This document shows, in pieces, positions 20,644 to 30,734 of a stretch of 64,000 bases of DNA; positions within the stretch are counted from its first letter, which is position 1; each line of letters starts with the position of its first letter. Below the pieces are notes generated by a model. The model searched no databases and was not told where the DNA came from. It worked only from the letters and a program-made list of their open reading frames with translations. The DNA lies in the NCBI GenBank assembly GCA_963558185.1, contig CAUWFE010000001.1:68029-132028 (forward strand), read 5' to 3'. A program made the translations under genes and the position numbers. Source of the stretch: an uncultured Clostridia bacterium (GTDB lineage: Bacteria; Bacillota; Clostridia; TANB77; CAG-508).

Positions 20644-21876
20644 ATGGCAACTGTTTTGGGAATTATAGCAGAATATAATCCATTTCATAATGGACATTTA
20701 TATCATATAGAAGAATCAAAAAGAAAAACAGGCGCCAAATATGTAATAGCAGTAATTACAGGAAACTTTGCACAACGAGGAGAAACCTCACTAGTAAATA
20801 AATGGGTAAAAGCACAAATGGCATTGCAAAGTGGAGTAGACCTAGTATTAGAATTACCAACTATATACAGTATATCTAGTGCAGAAAACTTCGCAGAAGG
20901 AGCAATTAAAATATTAGATAGTCTAAAAATAGTAGATACAATATCCTTTGGAACAGAAACAAGCGATTTAGCAGCATTAAACAATATTGTAACAGTATTA
21001 AGCAATGAACCAAAAGAATATAAAGCAATATTATCACATGAATTGCAAAAAGGAATTTCATATCCAAAAGCAAGAGATAATGCACTTATGATGTATCTAA
21101 ATGATATAAAAAGATATGCAAATATTTTATCAGAACCCAATAATACTTTAGCAGTTGAATATTTAAAAGCTATTAGAAAATTAAAAAGTCATATTATGCC
21201 AGTATCAGTAAAAAGAGAAAAGGTATATTATAATGATGAAAAAATAGTAGACGAATTTGCAAGTGGAACAGCTATTAGAAAGATGTTAATAAGAGAAGAA
21301 TTTAATAATATTAGAAAAGTAATGCCATATAATAATTACATGTTACTAAAAGAAGAAATAAAAAAAGGAAGAATAATTACAGATATAGAAGTATTTGAAA
21401 AAGAAATATTATATCAATTAAGAAAAATGACAACACAGCAAATAGCAGATTTACCAGATGTATCAGAAGGACTGGAATATAGTATAAAAAAAGTAGCAAA
21501 TTCTTGCAATAAAGTGTCAGAATTAATTAGTATGGTAAAAACAAAAAGATTTACGCAAACGAGAATACAAAGAATTTTATTATATGCACTTTTAGGAATA
21601 ACCAAAAAAGATATGCTAGATTCAAAAAAAATAGTTCCATATATTAGAGTTTTAGGAATGAATAATAATGGAAAAGAAATGTTATCAGATATTTGCACTA
21701 TAAATCCAAAAATTCAAATTGTAACATCTGTAAAAAAATATATAGATAACAACTATAATAAAAATTTAATACATATGTTAGAAAAAGATATTTTTGCAAC
21801 AAATGTATATACACTTGGATATGAAGGTCAATCTTTAGCAAATTTAGATTACACAAATCATATGGTTATATTATAG
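20644..21876 (+). CDS. tmcAL: Nucleotidyltransferase, UPF0348/TmcAL family (tRNA-Met cytidine acetate ligase-like)
   Basis: GIIAEYNPFHNGHLYHI HxGH motif. ATG 20644 behind the GGGGG RBS. Confidence 0.75.
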   Translation: MATVLGIIAEYNPFHNGHLYHIEESKRKTGAKYVIAVITGNFAQRGETSLVNKWVKAQMALQSGVDLVLELPTIYSISSAENFAEGAIKILDSLKIVDTISFGTETSDLAALNNIVTVLSNEPKEYKAILSHELQKGISYPKARDNALMMYLNDIKRYANILSEPNNTLAVEYLKAIRKLKSHIMPVSVKREKVYYNDEKIVDEFASGTAIRKMLIREEFNNIRKVMPYNNYMLLKEEIKKGRIITDIEVFEKEILYQLRKMTTQQIADLPDVSEGLEYSIKKVANSCNKVSELISMVKTKRFTQTRIQRILLYALLGITKKDMLDSKKIVPYIRVLGMNNNGKEMLSDICTINPKIQIVTSVKKYIDNNYNKNLIHMLEKDIFATNVYTLGYEGQSLANLDYTNHMVIL

Positions 21877-21898
21877 TCGGAAAGGAATGAGATAAAAA

Positions 21899-22477
21899 AT
21901 GAAAATAATTGGAGTAACAGGAAGCTCTGGAGCTGGAAAAACAAAAGTATGTGAATATTTAGAAAAAAAATATAAATGCGAAGTAATAGATGCAGACCAA
22001 ATAGCAAGAGAATTATCTAAAAAAGGCAGTATGTATTTAAATAGTATTATAGATAATTTTGGAGAAGATATTGTATATAAAAATGGTGCATTAAATAGAA
22101 AAAAATTAGCAAATATTATATATCAAGATAACGAAAAAAGAGAAAAATTAAATCAATGTACTTTTGATTATATAATAAAAGAAATAAAAGAACAAATAAA
22201 TAGTAGCATAGAAAAAGAACTAATAGTAATAGATGCTCCATTACTATATGAAAGCGGTTTAGATTCTATTTGTGACACTGTTATAGCAATAATTGGAAAT
22301 AAAGAAGAGCAAATTGAAAGAATTTGTAAAAGAGACGGAATAACAGAAGAAACAGCGTCAAAAAGAATAGAAATTCAAAACGATAATGAATTTTTTATAG
22401 AAAGAGCAGATATCATTATAGATAATACAGGAACAATAGAAGAATTAAAAAAAGAAATAGAAAATTTAAAATTATAG
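21899..22477 (+). CDS. coaE: Dephospho-CoA kinase
   Basis: IGVTGSSGAGKT P-loop and a length of 192 aa. Confidence 0.9.
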   Translation: MKIIGVTGSSGAGKTKVCEYLEKKYKCEVIDADQIARELSKKGSMYLNSIIDNFGEDIVYKNGALNRKKLANIIYQDNEKREKLNQCTFDYIIKEIKEQINSSIEKELIVIDAPLLYESGLDSICDTVIAIIGNKEEQIERICKRDGITEETASKRIEIQNDNEFFIERADIIIDNTGTIEELKKEIENLKL

Positions 22478-22489
22478 TATATAAAAATT

Positions 22490-22524
22490 AACTTGATGCA
22501 AAATAGACGTATCAAGTTTTTTTA
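22490..22524 (+). terminator. Rho-independent terminator
   Basis: AACTTGATGC-N9-GTATCAAGTT followed by T7. Confidence 0.7.
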
Positions 22525-22565
22525 TTACAAAAATATTACAAAAATATAACATTTGTATTACAATA

Positions 22566-22594
22566 TTGAATTGATGAGCAATTTGACATATAAT
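22566..22594 (+). promoter_or_regulatory. Putative promoter
   Basis: TTGAAT-17 nt-TATAAT. It lies inside the track ORF start, which argues for the ATG at 22628. Confidence 0.45.
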
Positions 22595-22627
22595 GAAGAA
22601 AAAAGAGAAAGTAGGGGAGTTGCGGAT

Positions 22628-23173
22628 ATGGAAGAAACTTTTGCAAATTATATTCTTGCTGAACCAGATTGGATAAGAAAAATGGAAATAATGTATTACT
22701 TAGAGAGAAAAGTAGATATATTTTTTGATAAATCTGTTGTATTTAAAACGCAAATTGCTAAGCTATTTATGGATGTAATGAACATAAATGTAGATAGAAA
22801 CTATGTTATTACAGCATGTTTATTATGTAATTGTAAAAAAGAAAAAGGAGTTATTACAGACTTAAACAAAATTAAATCTTTCGCTAAAGAAGGGGCAGAA
22901 TATTTAGAAACATTAGGATTTGATTCAAGATTTTGCAAAATATGTGAAGAAGTAAATAGATATAGTGGAAGTAACCCAAGAGAAAAAGAAAGTGATATTT
23001 TAGAACTTGCTGACCAATATGGAGGTCTATTATTAGATAGACCAGAAAGACCAGGCTTCAAACCAGAAGAAGCATTAGTTTTATTAGAATATAGAAATCT
23101 AAAAGATAAAGAAAATCGATATTTAGAGCAATTTAAGCAATTTGTAAATAAAATGCAGGAGGTATATGTATAA
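22628..23173 (+). CDS. Hypothetical protein (possibly a degenerate HD-fold)
   Basis: ATG behind the GGGGAG RBS. ITACLLCNCKK sits where HD-domain proteins carry LLHDIGK. Weak inference. Confidence 0.5.
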   Translation: MEETFANYILAEPDWIRKMEIMYYLERKVDIFFDKSVVFKTQIAKLFMDVMNINVDRNYVITACLLCNCKKEKGVITDLNKIKSFAKEGAEYLETLGFDSRFCKICEEVNRYSGSNPREKESDILELADQYGGLLLDRPERPGFKPEEALVLLEYRNLKDKENRYLEQFKQFVNKMQEVYV

Positions 23174-23427
23174 TGGGAAATAAATTAACACCAGCATTTG
23201 AAAAAATGCAACAAGAAGCAAATGATGCCAAAGATACAAAAAGACAAATTATTAATGCTTATAATACAGATGAATATATTATGAGTCAAATTAAAAAGAG
23301 GGAGATAGACATGATAAAAGAAGTTTCAAACGTACAGACAAATGAACTTCATATTCCACTAGATGAAATAGAAACTCTAGTAATTCGTAATCCAATAAAA
23401 AAACAAAATGATAAAGAAAGGGAATAA
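23173..23427 (+). CDS. Hypothetical 84-aa protein
   Basis: TAATG overlap with the upstream gene suggests translational coupling. Confidence 0.5.
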   Translation: MGNKLTPAFEKMQQEANDAKDTKRQIINAYNTDEYIMSQIKKREIDMIKEVSNVQTNELHIPLDEIETLVIRNPIKKQNDKERE

Positions 23428-23428
23428 G

Positions 23429-24622
23429 ATGGAAGAAGTTTTTGCAGATTTACACGTACACATAGGAAGAAGTGAAGAAGGAAAACCAATAAAGATAACA
23501 GCGGCAAGGAGTTTAAATTTTGCAAATATAGCAAAAGAATGTGCAGAAAGAAAAGGAATACAAATAGTTGGAATTATAGACTGTGCATCTCCATATGTAA
23601 TTCAAGATATAAAAAACTTTTTAAAAACAGGTGAAGCATATGAAATTCCAGATGGAGGAATTATATATAAAGATAAAGTTTGTATTTTATTAGGAAGTGA
23701 AGTAGAAACTTCAGAAGAAGGAAGAAATGGTCATAAAGGTGCGGCACATAATGTTTGTTTTTTTCCACACTTAAAAGATATAGAAGCTTTCTCACAAGAA
23801 ATGAGCCATCATATAAAAAACATAACATTAAGTACACAAAGATCTGACTTATCTGGATATGACTTAATAGATATAGTAGAAAAGTATAATGGAATTTTAA
23901 TTCCAGCACATATTTTTACACCACATAAAAGCTATTATGGAAATTGCACTGATAGGCTACAAAATATTTTTAAAGAAAAATATAACAAAATATTTGCAGT
24001 AGAATTAGGCTTAAGTTCTGATACAGAACTTGCAGATGAAATTTCAGAGCTGGAAAATAAAACTTTTGTAACTAATTCTGATGCACATTCATTACCAAAA
24101 ATAGCAAGAGAATACAATAAAATGTATATAGAAAATATATCATTTAAAGAAGTAGTAAAAGCTTTAAAAAATGAAGATGGCAGAAAAGTTTTAGCAAATT
24201 ACGGTTTAGATCCAAAGCTAGGAAAATACCATCGTACATATTGTGACGACTGTCAAACAACAATTGAAACAAAAGAACCCGTAGAAGAATGCCCAAAATG
24301 TGGTAGTAAAAATGTAACTTTTGGTGTTTTTGATAGAATAGAATTAATAAAAGATAAAAAAGTTTCAAAAAGTCCAGAAAATAGACCACCATATATTTAT
24401 CAGATTCCACTTGGATTTATTCCTGGTTTAGGTGCAAAAACAACAGAAAAATTATTAAATCATTTTGGAACAGAAATGACAATTCTACATAAACTCACAG
24501 AAGACGATTTAGAGGCAGTAGTAGGCTCTAAAATAGCACATACAATAATTAGGACAAAAACAGGAAACATGAATATACACTCTGGACGGAGGAGGAGTAT
24601 ACGGAAAAATATCATAAACTAA
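23429..24622 (+). CDS. Endonuclease Q-like PHP-domain protein (TIGR00375 family)
   Basis: N-terminal FADLHVHIGRS PHP motif, zinc ribbon CDDC..CPKCG and a C-terminal HhH-like segment. Confidence 0.7.
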   Translation: MEEVFADLHVHIGRSEEGKPIKITAARSLNFANIAKECAERKGIQIVGIIDCASPYVIQDIKNFLKTGEAYEIPDGGIIYKDKVCILLGSEVETSEEGRNGHKGAAHNVCFFPHLKDIEAFSQEMSHHIKNITLSTQRSDLSGYDLIDIVEKYNGILIPAHIFTPHKSYYGNCTDRLQNIFKEKYNKIFAVELGLSSDTELADEISELENKTFVTNSDAHSLPKIAREYNKMYIENISFKEVVKALKNEDGRKVLANYGLDPKLGKYHRTYCDDCQTTIETKEPVEECPKCGSKNVTFGVFDRIELIKDKKVSKSPENRPPYIYQIPLGFIPGLGAKTTEKLLNHFGTEMTILHKLTEDDLEAVVGSKIAHTIIRTKTGNMNIHSGRRRSIRKNIIN

Positions 24623-24697
24623 AAGATAAAAAGTTCTAAAAATAATATTTTTGAATAGACATTATGTATAAGTGATAAGCTGAAAGGTGGAAATATT

Positions 24698-25346
24698 ATG
24701 AGGGAACATAAGAAAAACAAAAAGATAGGAATAATTGAAATTGTAAAAAGACATATAGCTAATAATAAAAAAGAATATATTACAATTTCAATTATTTTTT
24801 TCATAGGTATTGTACTTGGTGTTATGCTAATAAATCAAGTATCAGAAAATAATGGAAAACAAATTCAGGAATATTTATCACAATTTATACAGGCAATAAA
24901 AACAGATTATAAAATAGATGAATCATTAGTATTTAAAAATGCAATTATAAGTAATGCAATTTTTGCTATTATATTGTGGCTCATGGGTTCTACTGTTGTA
25001 GGAATACCAATAGTATATGCATTCATTGCGGGAAAAGGTTTAAGCATAGGTTATACACTAGCATCAATTTTTGCAAGTATGGAATTACGGAAAAGCATTA
25101 CTATTTGGAGCCTCTAGTATAATAATGCAAAATATAATAATAATTCCATGTATGATAGCTATAGCAGTTAGTGGAATGAAATTATATGCATCAATAACTA
25201 AAGATAAAAGAAAAGAGAACATAAAACTAGAAGTTGTAAGGCATACAATTTTTTCAATATGTATGTGTATAGGGCTAGTAATTGCATCTTTTATTGAGGC
25301 ATATGTTTCAAGTAATTTAATGATGATGCTAGCAAATTATTTGTAG
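24698..25346 (+). pseudogene. spoIIM: Stage II sporulation protein M, frameshifted
   Basis: Two overlapping ORFs (24698-25117 and 25071-25346) together give one SpoIIM-like polytopic protein. The frame changes within 25082-25088. Confidence 0.7.
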
Positions 25347-25505
25347 AATTTTAATAAATGATAAACTATGCTTTTTAAAAATAAAAAGATACATAATTTG
25401 TAGAATTTTGACAAAAATACTTTACTTTTTATGTGTAATTTGATATAACATATATGGTTTATGTAAATTCTACATAACAAAAAAATAGAGAATAGGGGAG
25501 CGAAA

Positions 25506-26387
25506 ATGGAAAAACAGATTAAACTTTTTTTAGAATTTCTTCAAAATGATAAAAAGGTATCAGAAAATACTTTACAATCATATAGAAGGGACATAATATT
25601 TTTTAATAAATATGTAGAAACAAATAGAATAAATTATGCAAAAGCAAATGAAGAAGATATACATAACTATTTAGAATACTTACAAGAAATAGGGAAAAAA
25701 GCTTCAACAATATCAAGAAATTTAGCTTCAATTAGATCTTTTTACCAATTTTTAATAAAAAATAAAAAAATAAAAAAAGATCCAACTATAAATATTCAAT
25801 CTCCTAAAATAGAGAAAAAAGCACCAAGTGTGTTAACAGCACAAGAAGTAGAGCTTCTTTTAGAACAACCAAAAGATGTTGATTTAAAAGGAACAAGAGA
25901 TAAGGCAATGTTAGAATTTGCCTATGCAACAGGAATGAGAGTTTCTGAAATAATAGACTTAAATATAGATGATGTGAATTTAGAAGAAGGGTTTGTAAAT
26001 TGCCATCAAGGTAATAAACAAAGAAATATTCCTTTAGGAACAATGTCTTTAAAAGCATTAAAGGAATATTGCCAAGATGCAAGGCCTATATTAATTAAAA
26101 GTGAAGATGAAAAAGCTTTATTTGTTAATATTAATGGACAACGTTTAACAAGACAAGGTTTTTGGAAAATAGTAAAATACTATAAAGAACAAGCTCACAT
26201 AACAAAGGACATTACTCCACATGTATTAAGACATTCTTTTGCAACACACTTATTACAAAATGGAGCAGATTTAAAAGCAATACAAACAATGTTAGGCCAT
26301 TCAGATATATCTTCAACACAAGTATATATGCAATTTCAAGATGAAGGTTTAAAGAACGTATATAAAAAAGCACATCCTAGAGCTTAA
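25506..26387 (+). CDS. xerD: Site-specific tyrosine recombinase XerD-like
   Basis: ATGMRVSE, HVLRHSFATHLL, LGHSDISSTQVY catalytic R..HxxR..Y pattern. Next to spoIIM, as in Bacillus. Confidence 0.85.
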   Translation: MEKQIKLFLEFLQNDKKVSENTLQSYRRDIIFFNKYVETNRINYAKANEEDIHNYLEYLQEIGKKASTISRNLASIRSFYQFLIKNKKIKKDPTINIQSPKIEKKAPSVLTAQEVELLLEQPKDVDLKGTRDKAMLEFAYATGMRVSEIIDLNIDDVNLEEGFVNCHQGNKQRNIPLGTMSLKALKEYCQDARPILIKSEDEKALFVNINGQRLTRQGFWKIVKYYKEQAHITKDITPHVLRHSFATHLLQNGADLKAIQTMLGHSDISSTQVYMQFQDEGLKNVYKKAHPRA

Positions 26388-26404
26388 AATTTAAATATAA
26401 CAAA

Positions 26405-26440
26405 TCTAAGAACTGCTAAATATTTTTGGTAGTTCTTAGA
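26405..26440 (+). terminator. Hairpin after xerD
   Basis: TCTAAGAACTGC-N12-GGTAGTTCTTAGA. The T run is weak. Confidence 0.45.
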
Positions 26441-26485
26441 GATAAAATTTTAGATAAAAATTTTTATGAAAAAATAAAAAAAGTG

Positions 26486-26514
26486 TTGACATTATATAAA
26501 AAATACAGTATAAT
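26486..26514 (+). promoter_or_regulatory. Promoter of tRNA-Gly
   Basis: TTGACA-17 nt-TATAAT, 25 nt upstream of the tRNA. Confidence 0.6.
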
Positions 26515-26539
26515 AAAAATCGTTCTGAAGAATATAAAT

Positions 26540-26613
<74 letters not shown>

Positions 26614-26619
26614 AGTTTT

Positions 26620-26660
26620 AACAACTTACAGACTAAACAGTTTGTAGGTTGTTTTTTTTC
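26620..26660 (+). terminator. Rho-independent terminator after tRNA-Gly
   Basis: AACAACTTACA..TGTAGGTTGTT followed by T8. Confidence 0.65.
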
Positions 26661-26761
26661 TAATAATTTATCAAATATATATTGAAATTTTTTCATATAT
26701 GATGTATAAAGATATATATAATAAAATACTATAGAAAAATTAAAGAATGAGAGGTAATTTA

Positions 26762-29497
26762 ATGGAAGAAAAATGGTATTCTAAAAGTGTAGAAGAAATA
26801 CAAAATAAGTTAAATACTGATAAAGACAAAGGTTTAACAGAAAAGCAAGTAGCAGAAAGTAGAAAAAAATACGGTAGTAACGAGTTAAAAGAAAAAAAGA
26901 AAAAAAGCTTATTAGTTAAGTTTTTAGAACAATTCAAGGACTTTATGATAATAATATTAATTATAGCAGCTGTAGTATCAGGAATTGTAGGAGTAATGGA
27001 AGGCGAAGGAATTACAGATACGATAATAATTTTAGTAGTAGTAATAGTTAATGCAATAATTGGAGTAATGCAAGAAAATAAGGCAGAAAAATCTTTAGAA
27101 GCATTACAAAAATTAAGCAGCCATGCAGCAAAAGTTGTTAGAAATGGAAATATGCAAGTATTACCTTCAAAAGAATTAGTGCCAGGTGACTTAGTTATTT
27201 TAGAAACAGGAGATTATGTACCTGCAGATTTAAGAATAATAGAATCGGCTAATTTAAAATCACAAGAATCATCACTAACAGGAGAATCAGTTCCAGTAGA
27301 AAAAACAGAAGAAATTATGCCAGATGAAGAAATTGGAGTAGGAGATAGAAAAAATATTTTATTTTCTTCAAGTTTAATTACATATGGTAGAGGTAAAGGA
27401 ATAGTAGTTTCAACAGGAATGAATACAGAAGTTGGAAAAATTGCTGAAATAATAAATGAAACAGAAGAAACAGTAACACCTTTACAAATAAAATTAAATA
27501 AATTAGGAAAAACACTAGGAATTGTTGCTATTATTATATGTATAGTCATATTTATATTAGGTTTAAGTTATGGAAAAAATCCTATAGATATGTTTATGAC
27601 AGCTGTAAGTTTAGCAGTTGCTGCAATTCCAGAAGGCTTAGCAGCTGTATCTACTATTGTACTAGCAATAGGTGTGCAAAGAATGGTAAAGAAAAATGCA
27701 ATTATAAAAAAATTACCAGCAGTAGAAACTTTAGGAAGCAGTACAGTAATATGCTCTGATAAAACAGGAACATTAACACAAAATAGAATGACAGTACAAA
27801 AAATATTTGTAAATAATTCTATGTATACAATGGAAGAAAAATCTAATATAGAAAATGCAGATATGCTAATTAAAATTAATATGTTATGTAATGATACAAA
27901 AATAGCAGAGGATGGAACATTAGCAGGAGACCCTACAGAAACAGCATTAGTAGACATGGGACTAAAATTAGACTATGGAAAAGAAATATATGAACAATAT
28001 CCTCGTATGCAAGAATTACCTTTTGATTCTACAAGAAAGTTAATGACAACAGTAAATAAAATTGGAGATAAATATGTAGTATGCACAAAAGGTGGAGTAG
28101 ATGAACTTTTAAAATGCTGCAATAGCTATTTAGAAAATGGAAGTGTAAAAAATAATTTACAAGAATATATTTCTTCAATACAAAAAAACAACGAAGATAT
28201 GGCAAAAGAAGCACTTAGAGTGTTAGCATGTGCATATAAAGAAATAGATAATATACCAACACAAGAAGAAATGAAAAATATTGAAAAAGATTTATGTTTT
28301 GTAGGTCTTGTTGGAATGATAGACCCACCAAGAGAAGAAGCAAAATTAGCAGTACAAAAATGTAAAGACGCAGGAATAAAAACTGTAATGATTACAGGTG
28401 ACCATAAAATTACAGCTACTGCAATAGCAAAAAAATTAGGAATATTAGAAAATGAATCAGAAGCAATTACAGGTATAGAACTAGAAAATATGTCACAAGA
28501 AGAACTTGAAAAAAATATTAGAAATTATAGTGTATATGCAAGGGTAAGCCCAGAACATAAAGTAAGAATTGTAAAAGCATGGCAAAAAAATGGAGAAATA
28601 GTTGCCATGACTGGAGATGGAGTAAATGATGCACCAGCACTAAAAACAGCAGATATTGGATGTGCAATGGGTATTGTAGGAACTGACGTTGCAAAAGAAG
28701 CAGCAGATGTTATTTTAACAGATGATAATTTTGCAACAGTTGTATCAGCAGTTGAAGAAGGAAGAAGAATTTATGATAATATTTTAAAAGCAATTCAATT
28801 CTTAATTTCTAGCAATGTAGGTGAAATTGTTATAATTTTCGTAGCAATGCTACTAACACCTTGGCTTGGTAGTCTATTTGGAATAGATGTAAATTTAATA
28901 GAACCATTATTACCAATTCATATTTTATGGATAAATTTAGTAACAGATTCACTTCCAGCATTAGCATTAGCAGTAGATCCAGCAGAAAAAGATGTTATGA
29001 AAAGAAAACCTAAAAAGCATAAAGGAATATTTACAAAAGGAATGACTTGGAGAATAATATACCAAGGTATTATGATAGGTGGAATTACATTAGTAGCATT
29101 TATATTAGGCTTAGCAACTCCAGATGCAGTAATAGAAGAAATAAGACTGGCAAATGCAGACTTAGCAAATTTATCTACAGAAGTATTAAAGGTAGAAGTT
29201 GCACAAACAATGGCATTTACTGTATTAGCATTATCTGAATTAGTACATGTATTTAATATACGAAATAATACAAAATCAATATTTAAAACAGGTATAGCTA
29301 GCAACAAAAAACTATTATTGGCAATTGGTGTGTCAGCATTACTTATGATTACTATATTAGTAGTTCCAGCATTACGCCATATATTTAGCGTTCCAGTTCT
29401 TCCAGTAGGAAATATTATTGAAATAGCATTACTTATACTTTCACCAATAGTAATAGTAGAAATAATGAAATTATTCCATATAAATGGAAAAGACTAA
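26762..29497 (+). CDS. P-type Ca2+-transporting ATPase (P2A, SERCA/PMCA-like)
   Basis: CSDKTGTLTQN phosphorylation site, TGES, MITGDH and MTGDGVNDAPALK motifs, with 10 predicted TM segments. Confidence 0.9.
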   Translation: MEEKWYSKSVEEIQNKLNTDKDKGLTEKQVAESRKKYGSNELKEKKKKSLLVKFLEQFKDFMIIILIIAAVVSGIVGVMEGEGITDTIIILVVVIVNAIIGVMQENKAEKSLEALQKLSSHAAKVVRNGNMQVLPSKELVPGDLVILETGDYVPADLRIIESANLKSQESSLTGESVPVEKTEEIMPDEEIGVGDRKNILFSSSLITYGRGKGIVVSTGMNTEVGKIAEIINETEETVTPLQIKLNKLGKTLGIVAIIICIVIFILGLSYGKNPIDMFMTAVSLAVAAIPEGLAAVSTIVLAIGVQRMVKKNAIIKKLPAVETLGSSTVICSDKTGTLTQNRMTVQKIFVNNSMYTMEEKSNIENADMLIKINMLCNDTKIAEDGTLAGDPTETALVDMGLKLDYGKEIYEQYPRMQELPFDSTRKLMTTVNKIGDKYVVCTKGGVDELLKCCNSYLENGSVKNNLQEYISSIQKNNEDMAKEALRVLACAYKEIDNIPTQEEMKNIEKDLCFVGLVGMIDPPREEAKLAVQKCKDAGIKTVMITGDHKITATAIAKKLGILENESEAITGIELENMSQEELEKNIRNYSVYARVSPEHKVRIVKAWQKNGEIVAMTGDGVNDAPALKTADIGCAMGIVGTDVAKEAADVILTDDNFATVVSAVEEGRRIYDNILKAIQFLISSNVGEIVIIFVAMLLTPWLGSLFGIDVNLIEPLLPIHILWINLVTDSLPALALAVDPAEKDVMKRKPKKHKGIFTKGMTWRIIYQGIMIGGITLVAFILGLATPDAVIEEIRLANADLANLSTEVLKVEVAQTMAFTVLALSELVHVFNIRNNTKSIFKTGIASNKKLLLAIGVSALLMITILVVPALRHIFSVPVLPVGNIIEIALLILSPIVIVEIMKLFHINGKD

Positions 29498-29503
29498 AAA
29501 AAT

Positions 29504-29545
29504 AAGAATATATATAAATTACAATATATATATTCTTTATATTTT
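29504..29545 (+). terminator. AT-rich hairpin terminator
   Basis: AAGAATATATATA-N8-TATATATATTCTT. Confidence 0.4.
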
Positions 29546-29621
29546 TAAATGTAATATGTTGAAATAACTAGAAAAATGAATTATACTATATATAGTAAGA
29601 AAAAATATGAGAGGTAAAAAA

Positions 29622-30611
29622 ATGAAAAGAAAAAATATTTTAGGAATATTATGTTTAATAATAGTTATTATAATGATTTGCATAAATATATCAAATGTAT
29701 ATGCTAATAATGAAGAAGATAACCATATAGATGATGAGGTAAATACATATTTAGGATTAAATGGAAATGCTGATTATGCAGCTGTATTTCAAAACAATAG
29801 TTCTAATGACATATCCCAAGCTTTTTTGAAATATTTTGATGTTCAGAATCTAATAAATACAAAGGCAGAAATAGATTTAGCTATAACATATTTAAAAGAG
29901 ATAGTAAATTACAAATATTGGTCTAAACCGGATCCAAATTACCCACCAAGAGTCGAATATCCTTTAGGAAGTGGAAAATTATATGGAGATATTGACCCAA
30001 TAGCATTTGACGGTAGTGTGTCTGTTGATAAAGAATATTTGAATAATAGGAAAGGCTCTTTTGGAGATTTAACAAAGATATTAATAAATGAAATGCAAGA
30101 GAAATATGAATTGAATAAAGAGCAAGAAAATCAATTAAATGAAATTGAAGCAGAAAATCAGAATGTAATAGAAAGTGATCGAAGAGAGGAAGAAATTGCA
30201 AATGAAATTTATGACAATAATTATCATCCACAAGACGAGGTAGATAAAAATCAAGATAAAGAATACACAATATCAGGTACTGTTATAAGACCAGGAGGAA
30301 GTTCAGTTAATGGTAGTGATATAACAAGCCCGGCAGATAACCCAGAAGATTATAGACCAGGAGAAATGGGAGATAATGTAACTTTAGTAAAACTAGGAGG
30401 AATAATAACAGGAGGGCTTAAAATAGTAGGAATTATTGCATCAGTATTAATATTAGTTATTTTAGGAATAAAATATATGACTGGTACAATACAAGAAAAA
30501 GCAGAATACAAAAAAACAATGATACCATATATAGTAGGAGCAGTATTTTTAGGAGCAGGAGGAGTATTAATAGAACTTATATTTAATCTAGTATCTGGTT
30601 TAACATTTTAG
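29622..30611 (+). CDS. Secreted/membrane-anchored protein with C-terminal two-helix hairpin (VirB2/TrbC-pilin-like topology)
   Basis: Signal peptide ending VYA-NNEE, an acidic coiled middle region, and a C-terminus with two TM helices separated by KYMTGTIQEKAEYKK. Confidence 0.55.
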   Translation: MKRKNILGILCLIIVIIMICINISNVYANNEEDNHIDDEVNTYLGLNGNADYAAVFQNNSSNDISQAFLKYFDVQNLINTKAEIDLAITYLKEIVNYKYWSKPDPNYPPRVEYPLGSGKLYGDIDPIAFDGSVSVDKEYLNNRKGSFGDLTKILINEMQEKYELNKEQENQLNEIEAENQNVIESDRREEEIANEIYDNNYHPQDEVDKNQDKEYTISGTVIRPGGSSVNGSDITSPADNPEDYRPGEMGDNVTLVKLGGIITGGLKIVGIIASVLILVILGIKYMTGTIQEKAEYKKTMIPYIVGAVFLGAGGVLIELIFNLVSGLTF

Positions 30612-30668
30612 AATTATTTAATATCGATAAATTTATAAAAAATAAAACACAAAAAGCATATAAATAAT

Positions 30669-30705
30669 AACCCTAATGTAAAAAACATTAGGGTAAAATT
30701 TTTAG
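30669..30705 (+). terminator. Rho-independent terminator
   Basis: AACCCTAATGT-N5-ACATTAGGGT followed by AAAATTTTT. Confidence 0.6.
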
Positions 30706-30734
30706 TTAAATTTACCTTGCAAACTAATAAATAT

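Noticed and set aside
25506-26387. The tyrosine recombinase as a mobile-element integrase, with the nearby tRNA-Gly as its att site.
   Set aside because: Its size and motifs match XerD, and it sits beside spoIIM as in Bacillus. It is followed by ordinary core genes, and no flanking repeats of the tRNA 3' end were seen.
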